In this document: piece by piece, positions 30,047 to 40,714 of the stretch
Layout of the letters: each line of letters opens with the position of its first letter
Position numbering within the stretch: position 1 is the stretch's first letter
Assembly (NCBI GenBank): GCA_945883745.1
Contig: CAMCYH010000002.1
Location: forward strand, 1,508-65,507
DNA from: Candidatus Kuenenia stuttgartensis
GTDB lineage: Bacteria > Planctomycetota > Planctomycetia > Pirellulales > UBA1268
Length of the DNA: 64,000 nt
Reading direction: 5' to 3'
The notes under the pieces: model-generated
What the model was told of the DNA's origin: nothing
Databases searched by the model: none
What the model saw: only the letters and a program-made list of their open reading frames with translations
Program-made: the position numbers and the translations under genes

Positions 30047-30125
30047 CCAAGGGTCCTTCCGCCTGCGAAAGCCCCCGGCGCCTCACCAACCAAGGGTCCT
30101 TCCGCCTGCGAAAGCCCCCCGGCGC
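30047..30125. repeat. Two-copy tandem direct repeat (about 35 bp unit, 43 bp period)
   Basis: CCAAGGGTCCTTCCGCCTGCGAAAGCCCCCGGCGC at 30047-30081 is repeated at 30090-30125 with one extra C. It lies between tRNA-Gln and the atp operon. Confidence 0.85.
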
Positions 30126-30138
30126 GTGAGGGAAAAAA

Positions 30139-30209
30139 CTGGGGAACTAGGATTCGAACCTAGACTAACTGGTTCAGAGCCAGTCGTGCTACCGTTACAC
30201 CATTCCCCA
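30139..30209 (-). tRNA. tRNA-Gln (anticodon CUG)
   Basis: The reverse complement gives UGGGGAA-UG-GUGU AACGGUA GCAC-G-ACUGG CUCUGAA CCAGU-UAGU-CUAGG UUCGAAU CCUAG-UUCCCCA-G. The cloverleaf closes, and the U1-A72 pair is typical of bacterial tRNA-Gln. No encoded CCA. Confidence 0.9.
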
Positions 30210-30315
30210 ATGGGTCGAGAGCCACTTAGAGAGAGTACCGTGAGATCCGCGGTCGGGCAATCGCGGACGAAACGGCGTGGTACCATGCCGCCAGTTTCGC
30301 GAGGAGATTTCCGTC

Positions 30316-31992
30316 GTGGCCGAACTCGTGTTTGTTTCCGGTAACCGCGCGGGCCAGCGCATTGCGGTCTCGACACCACGGGCCGTCATCGGTCGCCATC
30401 CCGCCTGCGACGTCGTGCTCGACATCTCGTCGGTGAGCCGCCAGCACGCCGCCGTGACCATCGAAGGCGACGATGTCTTCATCGAAGATCTTCGCAGCCG
30501 CAACGGCACGACAGTCAACGGCCAGCGGCTCACGGCCCGCCAGCGGCTCTCCGATGGCGACGAGGTGGTGATTTGCGATCAGTGCCTCCGTTTTCAGGAT
30601 GCGGAGCATTTCGATGCGACCATCCTCTCGGCGGAGCCGAGGACCGACGAAGCCGACATGGTCGAGGCCGATATCAGCGATTCTCACATCGTATCGCAGC
30701 TCGACATGCGGGGACTGTCCGGCGATGCTCCGGCCGGACCGCAGTCGGAGGCGCACCTGCGGGCAGTGGTCGGGCTGCGGCGGGCGCTTGGTGGTTCGCT
30801 CTCGCTCGACGAAGTGTTGCCGCGGATGCTCGATGGACTTTTCGGGATCTTTGCCCAGGCCGAACGAGGGTTTGTCCTGCTCATCGATCCGAAGTCGCAG
30901 CGTCTCGTGCTGCGAGCCAGCCGATTCAAGAATGGGCCAGAGCCAGGCGCGCTGCGACTGAGCCTCTCACTGCTCGACAATGTCGTCAAAACGAAACGGG
31001 CGATCCTGTCGGCCGATGCGGCCAGTGACAGCCGCTTTGACAGCAGCCATAGCATCGTCGACTGTCAGATCCGATCGGTGATGTGCGTTCCGGTGATACG
31101 GAGCGACGGTGACGTGCTCGGTGTGGTGCACGTCGACTCCCGCGATCCACGGAGTCGATTCGAGCAATCCGATCTTCAAGTGCTTGCCGGAATTGCCGGA
31201 GATGCTGCCCAGGTGATCGGTCGGGCGGTCGCTCACGACGAGCGGATCGGCCAAGAGCAGCTCAAGCGCGACTTGGAACTCGCCCATCGGGTGCAGCAGG
31301 GCCTGCTCCCGACGCGGCCGCCGGCGATCGACGGCTATGATGTGTTCGATTTTTACGAGTCGGCCCAGCACGTGGGGGGTGACTTCTTCGCCTATGTGCC
31401 GCTGGCAGGCGGTGCACTCGCCACCGTCATGGCGGACGTCTGCGGCAAAGGTGTCTCGGCCGCGTTGATGATGGCCAGCCTATCGGGCGATGTGCGGTAT
31501 TGCCTCGCCAGCGAACCTGACGCCGCCGTGGCAGTGGCACGGATCAACGATGCCTTTTTGCGGAGCGGGTGGGATGATCGGTTCGCGACGATGATTGCGG
31601 CCGTGCTCGAGCCGCGTTCGGGCCGCGTCACGCTGGTGAACGCCGGTCACCTGCCGGCGCTCATTCGAAACCCACATGGGAAGGTGCGGGAAGTTGGCGC
31701 CGAGGCGGCAGGCCTTCCGCTCGGCGTGGACACCGGTGCCAACTACGTCAGTTGCACCGAGGTACTGGGGCCGGGCGAGACTCTCATCCTGTTTACCGAC
31801 GGCATTACCGAGGCGATGGATCATGAACACCGCTGCTACGGCACCGAGCGGCTCACGCGGGTGCTCGAGGATGAGGTGAAAACGGCCGAGGATCTTGGCA
31901 GGCGGATCCTCGCGGATGTCGACCGGCATGCCGCCGGTCAAATACGGAGCGACGACATCTGCCTGATTTGTCTTCGCCGGTGGCCCGCCTGA
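30316..31992 (+). CDS. FHA - GAF - PP2C/SpoIIE-type serine phosphatase
   Basis: FHA domain (IGRHPACDVVLDISSVSRQHAAV...DLRSRNGTTVNG), a GAF-like middle (ERGFVLLID...VMCVPV) and a PP2C/SpoIIE domain (GGDFFAYVPL, MADVCGKGVSAA, LFTDGITEA). GTG at 30316 lies 9 nt after GAGGAG. The track start is 30277. Confidence 0.85.
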   Translation: MAELVFVSGNRAGQRIAVSTPRAVIGRHPACDVVLDISSVSRQHAAVTIEGDDVFIEDLRSRNGTTVNGQRLTARQRLSDGDEVVICDQCLRFQDAEHFDATILSAEPRTDEADMVEADISDSHIVSQLDMRGLSGDAPAGPQSEAHLRAVVGLRRALGGSLSLDEVLPRMLDGLFGIFAQAERGFVLLIDPKSQRLVLRASRFKNGPEPGALRLSLSLLDNVVKTKRAILSADAASDSRFDSSHSIVDCQIRSVMCVPVIRSDGDVLGVVHVDSRDPRSRFEQSDLQVLAGIAGDAAQVIGRAVAHDERIGQEQLKRDLELAHRVQQGLLPTRPPAIDGYDVFDFYESAQHVGGDFFAYVPLAGGALATVMADVCGKGVSAALMMASLSGDVRYCLASEPDAAVAVARINDAFLRSGWDDRFATMIAAVLEPRSGRVTLVNAGHLPALIRNPHGKVREVGAEAAGLPLGVDTGANYVSCTEVLGPGETLILFTDGITEAMDHEHRCYGTERLTRVLEDEVKTAEDLGRRILADVDRHAAGQIRSDDICLICLRRWPA

Positions 31993-32180
31993 GAGACCGT
32001 GTAGTTTGCGGAACCGGCGCCGAGCAAGGCGGAACAGTCCGCCCAAAGGCCCAGAACGGACGTCGGCCGGCCTGCCGTGTATTGGGCCCCTCCTGTGCGT
32101 CGATATTCCATCGTGGGTCGCCCAGGCCCGCCACTGGGCGTGGCGGTGCAGATGGAAGTCGACGATGCGGGGAGCCAACG

Positions 32181-32444
32181 ATGAGTTTTTTCGAGTGGTT
32201 GCGGGAAGGTGTGCGGCAGGCTGTTGTGCTGGGACTGGCCGATGCGGTCGAGGATGTTGGCACGCGGAACCGGGGCGAAGACCTTGGCCCCGCGTTGGCC
32301 CAGTCGCTCCGAGAGCGGCTCACGGAGTCGAGCGGCACGGCCGTGTTGGACTCTGATCCGACCCTGGCAGGAAAGGCAAAGGGCCGCCGGCGACTTGGCC
32401 GCTCGCTCGATGTGACTGTGGATTCGTTGCGGAAAGCAGCCTGA
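32181..32444 (+). CDS. Small hypothetical protein (87 aa)
   Basis: ATG at 32181 with GGGGAG 6 nt upstream and coding-like third-position GC. No recognisable motif. Confidence 0.45.
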   Translation: MSFFEWLREGVRQAVVLGLADAVEDVGTRNRGEDLGPALAQSLRERLTESSGTAVLDSDPTLAGKAKGRRRLGRSLDVTVDSLRKAA

Positions 32445-32466
32445 ACCAGCGGCATGGCCGGAGGGC

Positions 32467-33267
32467 CTACGACCGATTGGGCGGGGGAGATTTCGGCACG
32501 TCAACGACGTGGGTAATGCCGTTGAGTTCATCGGGGGGCACGGCTGCGAAGGTGATCTCCGGGAGGGAAACGATGGCCCGACGGAGTTCTCGTTCCCAAC
32601 TGGAGCGGATCTCACCGAGTTCGGCGTCGGGCACTCCGAATCGTCGATAGCGGCGGACGCACAGGTCGTCGTTGGCGTAGACGAGCAGGTCGATCGGGGG
32701 GCCGACTGCCACGTTGGAACGCATCGTGGAGTCGATCGAAATGACGGCATACTTCACGGCCTGCTCGAGCGTTGTTTCCGCGTAGCGAATGCCCCGGTCG
32801 AGGATCGGCCTGCCGTACTTGCTCTCGCCGATTTGAAGAAACGGCGATGATTGGGTGGCCCGGAGAGGGTTGCCCTGAGCGTAGATCATGTAGACCTGCG
32901 GAGCTTCGTCCGCGATCTGGCCGCCGAGCAGGAAATTGACTCCGCACGAGATGCCGTCCCGCTCCATGAACGGCCGGTCCAGAGCCGTGACCTCCCGCAC
33001 ATGGCGGCCCACGCAGCGGGCTGCCTCGTAGAACGTGCCGGCCGTGACCAGGCCCGCACCGCTGCAAAACTCCTGCTCGATCCGTGTGATGATCGACTGG
33101 GTGAGCGAGAGGCTGCCACTGGAAAGGAGCGTGAACATCCGCTGCCCGGGAATCACGAAGTTGTGCATCTTGCAACAGATGTCAACCTGGTCGATGCCAG
33201 CGTTGGTGCGGGAGTCCGATGCCATGACCAGCCCCTGCTTGGTACGAATCCCGAGACAGTACGTCAT
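32467..33267 (-). CDS. Anbu-type proteasome-like (Ntn-hydrolase) peptidase
   Basis: It starts MTYCLGIRTKQGLVMASDSRTNAG, so Thr2 sits where proteasome beta/HslV-like enzymes carry the nucleophile, with no propeptide. About 266 aa. It neighbours the ATP-grasp/alpha-E/transglutaminase genes typical of Anbu loci. Confidence 0.82.
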   Translation of the reverse strand: MTYCLGIRTKQGLVMASDSRTNAGIDQVDICCKMHNFVIPGQRMFTLLSSGSLSLTQSIITRIEQEFCSGAGLVTAGTFYEAARCVGRHVREVTALDRPFMERDGISCGVNFLLGGQIADEAPQVYMIYAQGNPLRATQSSPFLQIGESKYGRPILDRGIRYAETTLEQAVKYAVISIDSTMRSNVAVGPPIDLLVYANDDLCVRRYRRFGVPDAELGEIRSSWERELRRAIVSLPEITFAAVPPDELNGITHVVDVPKSPPPNRS

Positions 33268-33413
33268 CTTTTTTTCCGGGAAGGCCTCTGGAACCGGCGC
33301 GGTATTTGCTGCACATTGACAGACAGACCGAAAGGTAGCGAACCCGTGCGGTGCGTCAAGGAAAACAGATGCGGTACGATCGGGGTACGTCGGCAACTGC
33401 GCAGGGTTGAGGC

Positions 33414-34988
33414 ATGGGCAGCCCGTTTCACGAGCAGGTCCGATCGGCGATGACTACCCCCGGCATAACCCAGCGACGAGCGGCGGGAACGGGCTCGGCC
33501 GGAGCGGCCGAACCACTTTCTGGTGAATCTGCTCCGGCCACCAGCCTCCTTGCCGGCTATGAGCTGGGGGCCGCGTACGACGAAATGTTTGACCGCGACG
33601 AGCGTCCTCGTCCCCACTATCAGCAGCTGGCCCAGCTGCTTGATCGAACGCCGCCCGAGGAATTCCGCCGCCGCAAAGCGATGACTGACCTTTCGATGCG
33701 GCAAGACGGTGTCGGCTTTACCGTGTATCGCGCCGACGAGGGCATTGAGCGGGTCTGGCCGATGGATCCGGTGCCGCGGATCATCCCCGCCGACGAGTGG
33801 CAGCACATCGAGGCCGGGCTCGTGCAGCGGATCACCGCCCTCAACATGTTCCTGTGGGACGTCTACCACGAGCAGCAGATCCTTCGCGATCGCGTCGTTC
33901 CACCCCGACTGGTGCTCCAGGGAAGTTCGTTCCGGCGCGAGTTCGTCGGCGTTGACGTGCCGCGGAAGATCTACATTCACATCTGTGGTACCGACCTGAT
34001 CCGTGCGGTTGACGGCGAGTATCTCGTGCTCGAGGACAACGGCCGCACCCCCTCCGGCGTGAGCTACATGCTCCAAAATCGGCAGGTCCTCAAGCGGGTT
34101 TTTCCGTCGCTCTTCAACGACTACGACGTGTTGCCCAATGATGATTACCCGGCCGCCCTGCTCGATGTGCTTCAGTACATCGCCCCGGAGTCGGCTGCAA
34201 CGCCGACCGCCGTGCTGCTCAGTCCTGGCATGTACAACTCCGCCTACTTCGAGCACAGCTTCCTTGCCCAGCGGATGGGAATCGAGCTCGTCGAGGGGCG
34301 TGATCTGCTCGTCGATGCCAATCGTGTCTTCATGCGGACGACGCGGGGGCTGCAGCGGGTCGACGTGATCTACCGCCGGATCGACGACGACTTTCTCGAT
34401 CCGCTCACGTTCCGTCCGGATAGCGTGCTTGGCGTGCCAGGACTGGTAAACGCCTATCGGGCGGGCAACGTGGCGCTGGCCAACAGCATCGGCACCGGCA
34501 TCGCCGACGACAAGGGGATCTATCCGTTCGTGCCGGACATGATCCGCTACTACCTCAAGCAGGATCCGATCCTCAACAACGTCGAGACGTTCCGGCCCGA
34601 GGTGCCTGAGCACATGCAGCACGTACTGGCAAACCTCGACTCACTGGTGGTGAAGCGGGTGAATGAATCGGGCGGCTACGGCATGCTCGTGGGCCCCGCC
34701 TCGACGGCCGAGCAGCGGGAGGAATTCCGGCGGGCAATCCGGGCCAATCCACGGGATTTCATCGCCCAGCCCACGATCCAGCTGTCGACGCACCCGACCT
34801 TCGTCGACGGGCGGCTTGAGGGGCGTCATCTCGACCTGCGCCCATTCGTGCTGTGTGGCGAACGGGTCGTCGTCACGCCGGGCGGGCTGACCCGCGTCGC
34901 CCTGCCCAAGGGAAGCCTCGTGGTGAACAGTTCCCAGGGGGGGGGCAGCAAAGACACCTGGATCCTCGCCCAGACCGGCCGGACGTGA
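33414..34988 (+). CDS. Circularly permuted ATP-grasp family protein
   Basis: The N-terminal YDEMF...RPHY region plus [21 protein letters not shown] and [17 protein letters not shown] segments match what I recall of the circularly permuted ATP-grasp family. The start could be 33450. Confidence 0.85.
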   Translation: MGSPFHEQVRSAMTTPGITQRRAAGTGSAGAAEPLSGESAPATSLLAGYELGAAYDEMFDRDERPRPHYQQLAQLLDRTPPEEFRRRKAMTDLSMRQDGVGFTVYRADEGIERVWPMDPVPRIIPADEWQHIEAGLVQRITALNMFLWDVYHEQQILRDRVVPPRLVLQGSSFRREFVGVDVPRKIYIHICGTDLIRAVDGEYLVLEDNGRTPSGVSYMLQNRQVLKRVFPSLFNDYDVLPNDDYPAALLDVLQYIAPESAATPTAVLLSPGMYNSAYFEHSFLAQRMGIELVEGRDLLVDANRVFMRTTRGLQRVDVIYRRIDDDFLDPLTFRPDSVLGVPGLVNAYRAGNVALANSIGTGIADDKGIYPFVPDMIRYYLKQDPILNNVETFRPEVPEHMQHVLANLDSLVVKRVNESGGYGMLVGPASTAEQREEFRRAIRANPRDFIAQPTIQLSTHPTFVDGRLEGRHLDLRPFVLCGERVVVTPGGLTRVALPKGSLVVNSSQGGGSKDTWILAQTGRT

Positions 34989-34995
34989 GGAACGC

Positions 34996-35946
34996 ATGCT
35001 GAGCCGAGTCGCCGACGCACTGTTTTGGACGGGCCGCTACCTGGAGCGTTCGGCCTGCCTGGCCCGTGCCGTCGACGTCACGTTCAGCCTCGATCTCGAC
35101 CTGCACGGTGTGCTTTCCAATCCGGTGGAGCTCGAATGGAACGCGCTGCTCTCGATGCTTCGGCAGGCGCCGCCGCAGCCGGGCGACAGCGAGCACCCGG
35201 TGGCCGCCGTTCAGCGGTGGCTGCTCGTCGATCTCGGCAATCCGGGCAGCGTCATGTCGTGCGTGAACCGGGCCCGCAACAATGCCCGCAGCATCCGCGG
35301 CTCGATCAGCCCGCCGATGTGGCGGGAGCTCAACAAGCTTCACTGGCGGCTCTCCGACGGGACGTTTCAGGCGGCAGTGGCTGAGTCACCGCACGACTTC
35401 TGCGACGAGGCGCAGGTGGGCGTGCTCCTCTGTCACGGGGTCTGCGATGCCACGATGAGTCATGACGAGGGCTGGCACTTCATCCAACTCGGCACCTACC
35501 TCGAACGGGCCGACAAGGTGCTGCGGCTACTCGATTCCAAGTTCGGACTTCTGGAGCGGGGCGACGCGGTCGATCTGCCGGTCCGCAATCTGCAGTGGGG
35601 GGCGGTGCTCCGGCAGTGCCGAGCCTACGAGGCCTATCAACGGCTCTACATCAGCCGCGTCGAGCCGGAGCGGGTGGTCGAGTTTCTGCTGGCCAACCCC
35701 GACTTTCCCAATTCGGTGCGGTTTTGCCTGGAGCGGGTGCTCGATTCACTCACCGAGATCAGCGGCCGGCTCCCGGGCCGTTGCGACGGCGACGCGATGC
35801 GGACACTCGGTAGCCTCGTGAGCGAACTCACCTATCTCGATGGTGAGGAACTCGATGGAGAGCGGCTCCATGGGCTGCTTGGAAACGCCCTCGTCCGCTG
35901 CGGGCGAATCGGGCATCTGCTGCAGCAGCAGTACGCACTTCACTGA
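34996..35946 (+). CDS. Alpha-E domain protein
   Basis: MLSRVADALFWTGRYLERS and a second LGTYLERADK contain the conserved ER motifs of the alpha-E family. GAGGAA SD is 5 nt upstream. Confidence 0.87.
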   Translation: MLSRVADALFWTGRYLERSACLARAVDVTFSLDLDLHGVLSNPVELEWNALLSMLRQAPPQPGDSEHPVAAVQRWLLVDLGNPGSVMSCVNRARNNARSIRGSISPPMWRELNKLHWRLSDGTFQAAVAESPHDFCDEAQVGVLLCHGVCDATMSHDEGWHFIQLGTYLERADKVLRLLDSKFGLLERGDAVDLPVRNLQWGAVLRQCRAYEAYQRLYISRVEPERVVEFLLANPDFPNSVRFCLERVLDSLTEISGRLPGRCDGDAMRTLGSLVSELTYLDGEELDGERLHGLLGNALVRCGRIGHLLQQQYALH

Positions 35947-35967
35947 AACCGGCGGAGACTCTCTGCG

Positions 35968-36921
35968 ATGATTCTCGAGATCCAGCACGAGACGCTGATG
36001 GAATACACCGAGCCGGTGACGGAATGGCAGTGCGAACTGCGGATGGAGCCGGTCAGCGATGCGGTCCAACGGTGCCATTCTTTCCGGGTCACGATCGGCC
36101 AGCCGACGACGGTGAGCACCTATGTCGACGGGTTTGGCAACCGGGTGCATCACTTCAATCTGCTCAAGCCCCATGCCGCTGTCCGGGTGCTCGCCGCGAG
36201 CATCGTGCAGACGGATGACGTGGCAGTCAGCCCGATGGCCAGCCAGGTCATGTTCCCGCTGGAGGAGGAGCGGCTTCCTCTCGACACGCTCGACGCCCTT
36301 CCCCTTCGTGGGCCGGTGCGGGATACCCCGTTGCTGGCCCCGCACCTGGAAGCGCTGAAGCCCTCGCCGCGAATGCGGGTGGGCATGTGGGTCTGCCAGG
36401 TGGCGGAATACGTCCGCGGCCGGTTTGAGTATGCCCGGCACGTCACCGATGCCACTTCGCCGATCGATCATCTCCTCACCCATGGCAAGGGAGTCTGTCA
36501 GGACTTCACGCACTTGATGATCGCTATCCTCCGCTCCCACGGCGTGCCGGCCCGGTACGTGAGCGGCTACGTGCATCGGCCCGCCCAGGAATCGCAGAGC
36601 CACGCCTGGTGCGAGGTCTGGCTTCCCGATGCCGGCTGGCTCGGCTTTGATCCCACGAACGGCTGCCCGGTCAACAGCCACTACGTGAAGACGGCTGTGG
36701 GGCGGGATTTTTCCGATGTCCCGCCCAACAAGGGCACCTACCGGGGCGGCGGTGACGAGCGGATCGAGGTGCGAGTGGCCACCCGCACGCTCGACAGACT
36801 GCCATCGCTGTCATGGCATGACCAACTCGCGCCACTCGACACCCCGCTCCATGCCGTGCTCCGGTCGCCACCGGTTTACGAGTCTGAAGATTCCCGGCCG
36901 CTCGATCTCGCCCAGCAGTGA
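35968..36921 (+). CDS. Transglutaminase-like cysteine peptidase/ligase family protein
   Basis: N-terminal bacterial transglutaminase-N-like region, then the Cys-His-Asp core (GKGVCQDFTHL, HAWCEVW, GFDPTNG). Confidence 0.9.
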   Translation: MILEIQHETLMEYTEPVTEWQCELRMEPVSDAVQRCHSFRVTIGQPTTVSTYVDGFGNRVHHFNLLKPHAAVRVLAASIVQTDDVAVSPMASQVMFPLEEERLPLDTLDALPLRGPVRDTPLLAPHLEALKPSPRMRVGMWVCQVAEYVRGRFEYARHVTDATSPIDHLLTHGKGVCQDFTHLMIAILRSHGVPARYVSGYVHRPAQESQSHAWCEVWLPDAGWLGFDPTNGCPVNSHYVKTAVGRDFSDVPPNKGTYRGGGDERIEVRVATRTLDRLPSLSWHDQLAPLDTPLHAVLRSPPVYESEDSRPLDLAQQ

Positions 36922-36929
36922 CCACGAGG

Positions 36930-38000
36930 TCAGTCGGCTGCCACGTGGAGTGGCAGATCGACCTCGACGGCCGCCCCCTGCTCTGGCGATGAACGGATCA
37001 CCGCTTCGCTGCCGAGGAGCCGGGCTCGCTGGCGAATGCCCTCCAGCCCGAAGCGATTCTCCGGCACTCTGCTGGGATCGAAGCCGACACCATCGTCCCG
37101 GATGGACACTCTTATGCGTTGCTGCGGTTCCGCTCCGGTCGCCTCGATACACACGTCGACCCGGTTTGCCGCCGCATGCCGACGGGCATTGGAAAGCGAC
37201 TCTTGCACGATGCGGAAGATCGTCGTTTCGAGTTGGGGTGTCAGGCGACCGGCCGGTAATGAATGGGTGAACATCACGTGGGGCACGTCGATGCGAGCGT
37301 CGGCGACGAGCGACTCGACGGCCTCGATGATGCCCAGTTCATCGAGCGTCGGCGGGCGGAGCCCGCTGATCAGCCGCCGCGACTCGTCGACGGCTTCGCG
37401 GAGCAACCGCAGGCTCTCGTGGAGTTCGCGGCTCGGGCCGGCCGGCCCGGCGGCATGCTCGAGCGCCTGCAGATGCATCATCGCGCCGGCCAGGAACTGG
37501 GCGAGTCCATCGTGAATCTCGTAGGCGACAAGCTGCCGCTCCCGCTCCTGGATCTCGAGCATCTGCCGAAGCACCTGCCGCTCTCGATGGAGGGCGTCCT
37601 GTGACTTTTTGAGGGCCAGCATGTCCTCGGAATAGATGAGGGCGGCCTCGACTGTGCCGCCCACCAGGATTGGCACGCCCCGCACCGAGAAGCGGGCCTC
37701 TTCGCCAGACAGGAGGCGGACGGGGAATTCCTGTGCCTGCATCGACCCTGTTGAAAACACCAGCTCCAGGCTCTCTCGGATCGCGGCCTCGACATCGGGG
37801 GAGGCAAAGTCTCCGGGACCGCGGCCCACGACCTCGTCAGCTGAGCGACCGCCTTCGGCCCGGTTGGCAAAGAGGATGGTGCCGTCGCGATCGATCACCA
37901 GCATGAAGCCCGTGACCGCCCGGCAGGCGGCTTCCCACAGGGCGGCCGCGTCGGGGAGCGGTGCTGGGGGGGCGGTCTGGTGCGGGGGATCGGAAACCAT
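36930..38000 (-). CDS. PAS-domain sensor histidine kinase with HisKA_3-type (NarX-like) phosphoacceptor domain
   Basis: PAS-like N-terminus, H-box YEIHDGLAQFLAG, and an HATPase domain (NARRHAAA...DDGVGF...GLEGIRQRA). No TM segment and no adjacent response regulator. Confidence 0.85.
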   Translation of the reverse strand: MVSDPPHQTAPPAPLPDAAALWEAACRAVTGFMLVIDRDGTILFANRAEGGRSADEVVGRGPGDFASPDVEAAIRESLELVFSTGSMQAQEFPVRLLSGEEARFSVRGVPILVGGTVEAALIYSEDMLALKKSQDALHRERQVLRQMLEIQERERQLVAYEIHDGLAQFLAGAMMHLQALEHAAGPAGPSRELHESLRLLREAVDESRRLISGLRPPTLDELGIIEAVESLVADARIDVPHVMFTHSLPAGRLTPQLETTIFRIVQESLSNARRHAAANRVDVCIEATGAEPQQRIRVSIRDDGVGFDPSRVPENRFGLEGIRQRARLLGSEAVIRSSPEQGAAVEVDLPLHVAAD

Positions 38001-38253
38001 GGCGATAGTCTACGGTTGTGGCTCTGCTTAAAAAGCAACATCTCGCTGGCGCATGGGTGGCGGCCTGTGGACGCGGGTTCGGGGCTGCCGATGCCCCGTC
38101 GCCGGGCGTTCGAGAGCGAACGGATGTTCGCCAAGCAGGCTGAGGCCACGAGGGCGAAGCCTGCGTGAAGCCAGCGGCACGGGCAGCCCCTCACGGTTAC
38201 CTGACTGCGCGTGTCGAGCAGAACGGGGGCTCTATTTGGAAAACGAGAGATTC

Positions 38254-40304
<2,051 letters not shown>

Positions 40305-40308
<4 letters not shown>

Positions 40309-40670
40309 GGCTTGCTCAGAGGACGCAGGTGGGGTCGCATGGCGGCGAGAGTCGCTTCGCCGATGCCCGGCACGGCAAGGAGGTCCTCGGGGCTGGTGAA
40401 GGGACCGTGGGTGTCGCGGTGGGAGACGATCCGCGCCGCGATCGTGGGCCCGAGTCCTGGGAGTTGGGAAATCTCGGCGGCGTCAGCCTTGTTGATGTCG
40501 ACCGTGAATCGCACGGTGACGGCTGGCGGGGCGTCGTGGTCGACCAGACCTCGACGCCCCATAAAGGCCAGCCAGACGGCGATGCCGACCAGACCCACGG
40601 CGACCGCCGAGGCGACGAACGGTTGCATGGAGCGGGGCAGCGGACCGGAGGGGGAAGCATCGGAGTCCAT
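40305..40670 (-). CDS. ComEA-like helix-hairpin-helix DNA-binding protein with N-terminal TM anchor
   Basis: [52 protein letters not shown] forms tandem HhH motifs. Its stop overlaps the uvrB ATG (ATGA). Start uncertain (40670 or 40628). Confidence 0.72.
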
Positions 40671-40714
40671 GACCCTATGGTAGTCGACCGGCCAGGCGGC
40701 ATACGATGCCGTCC

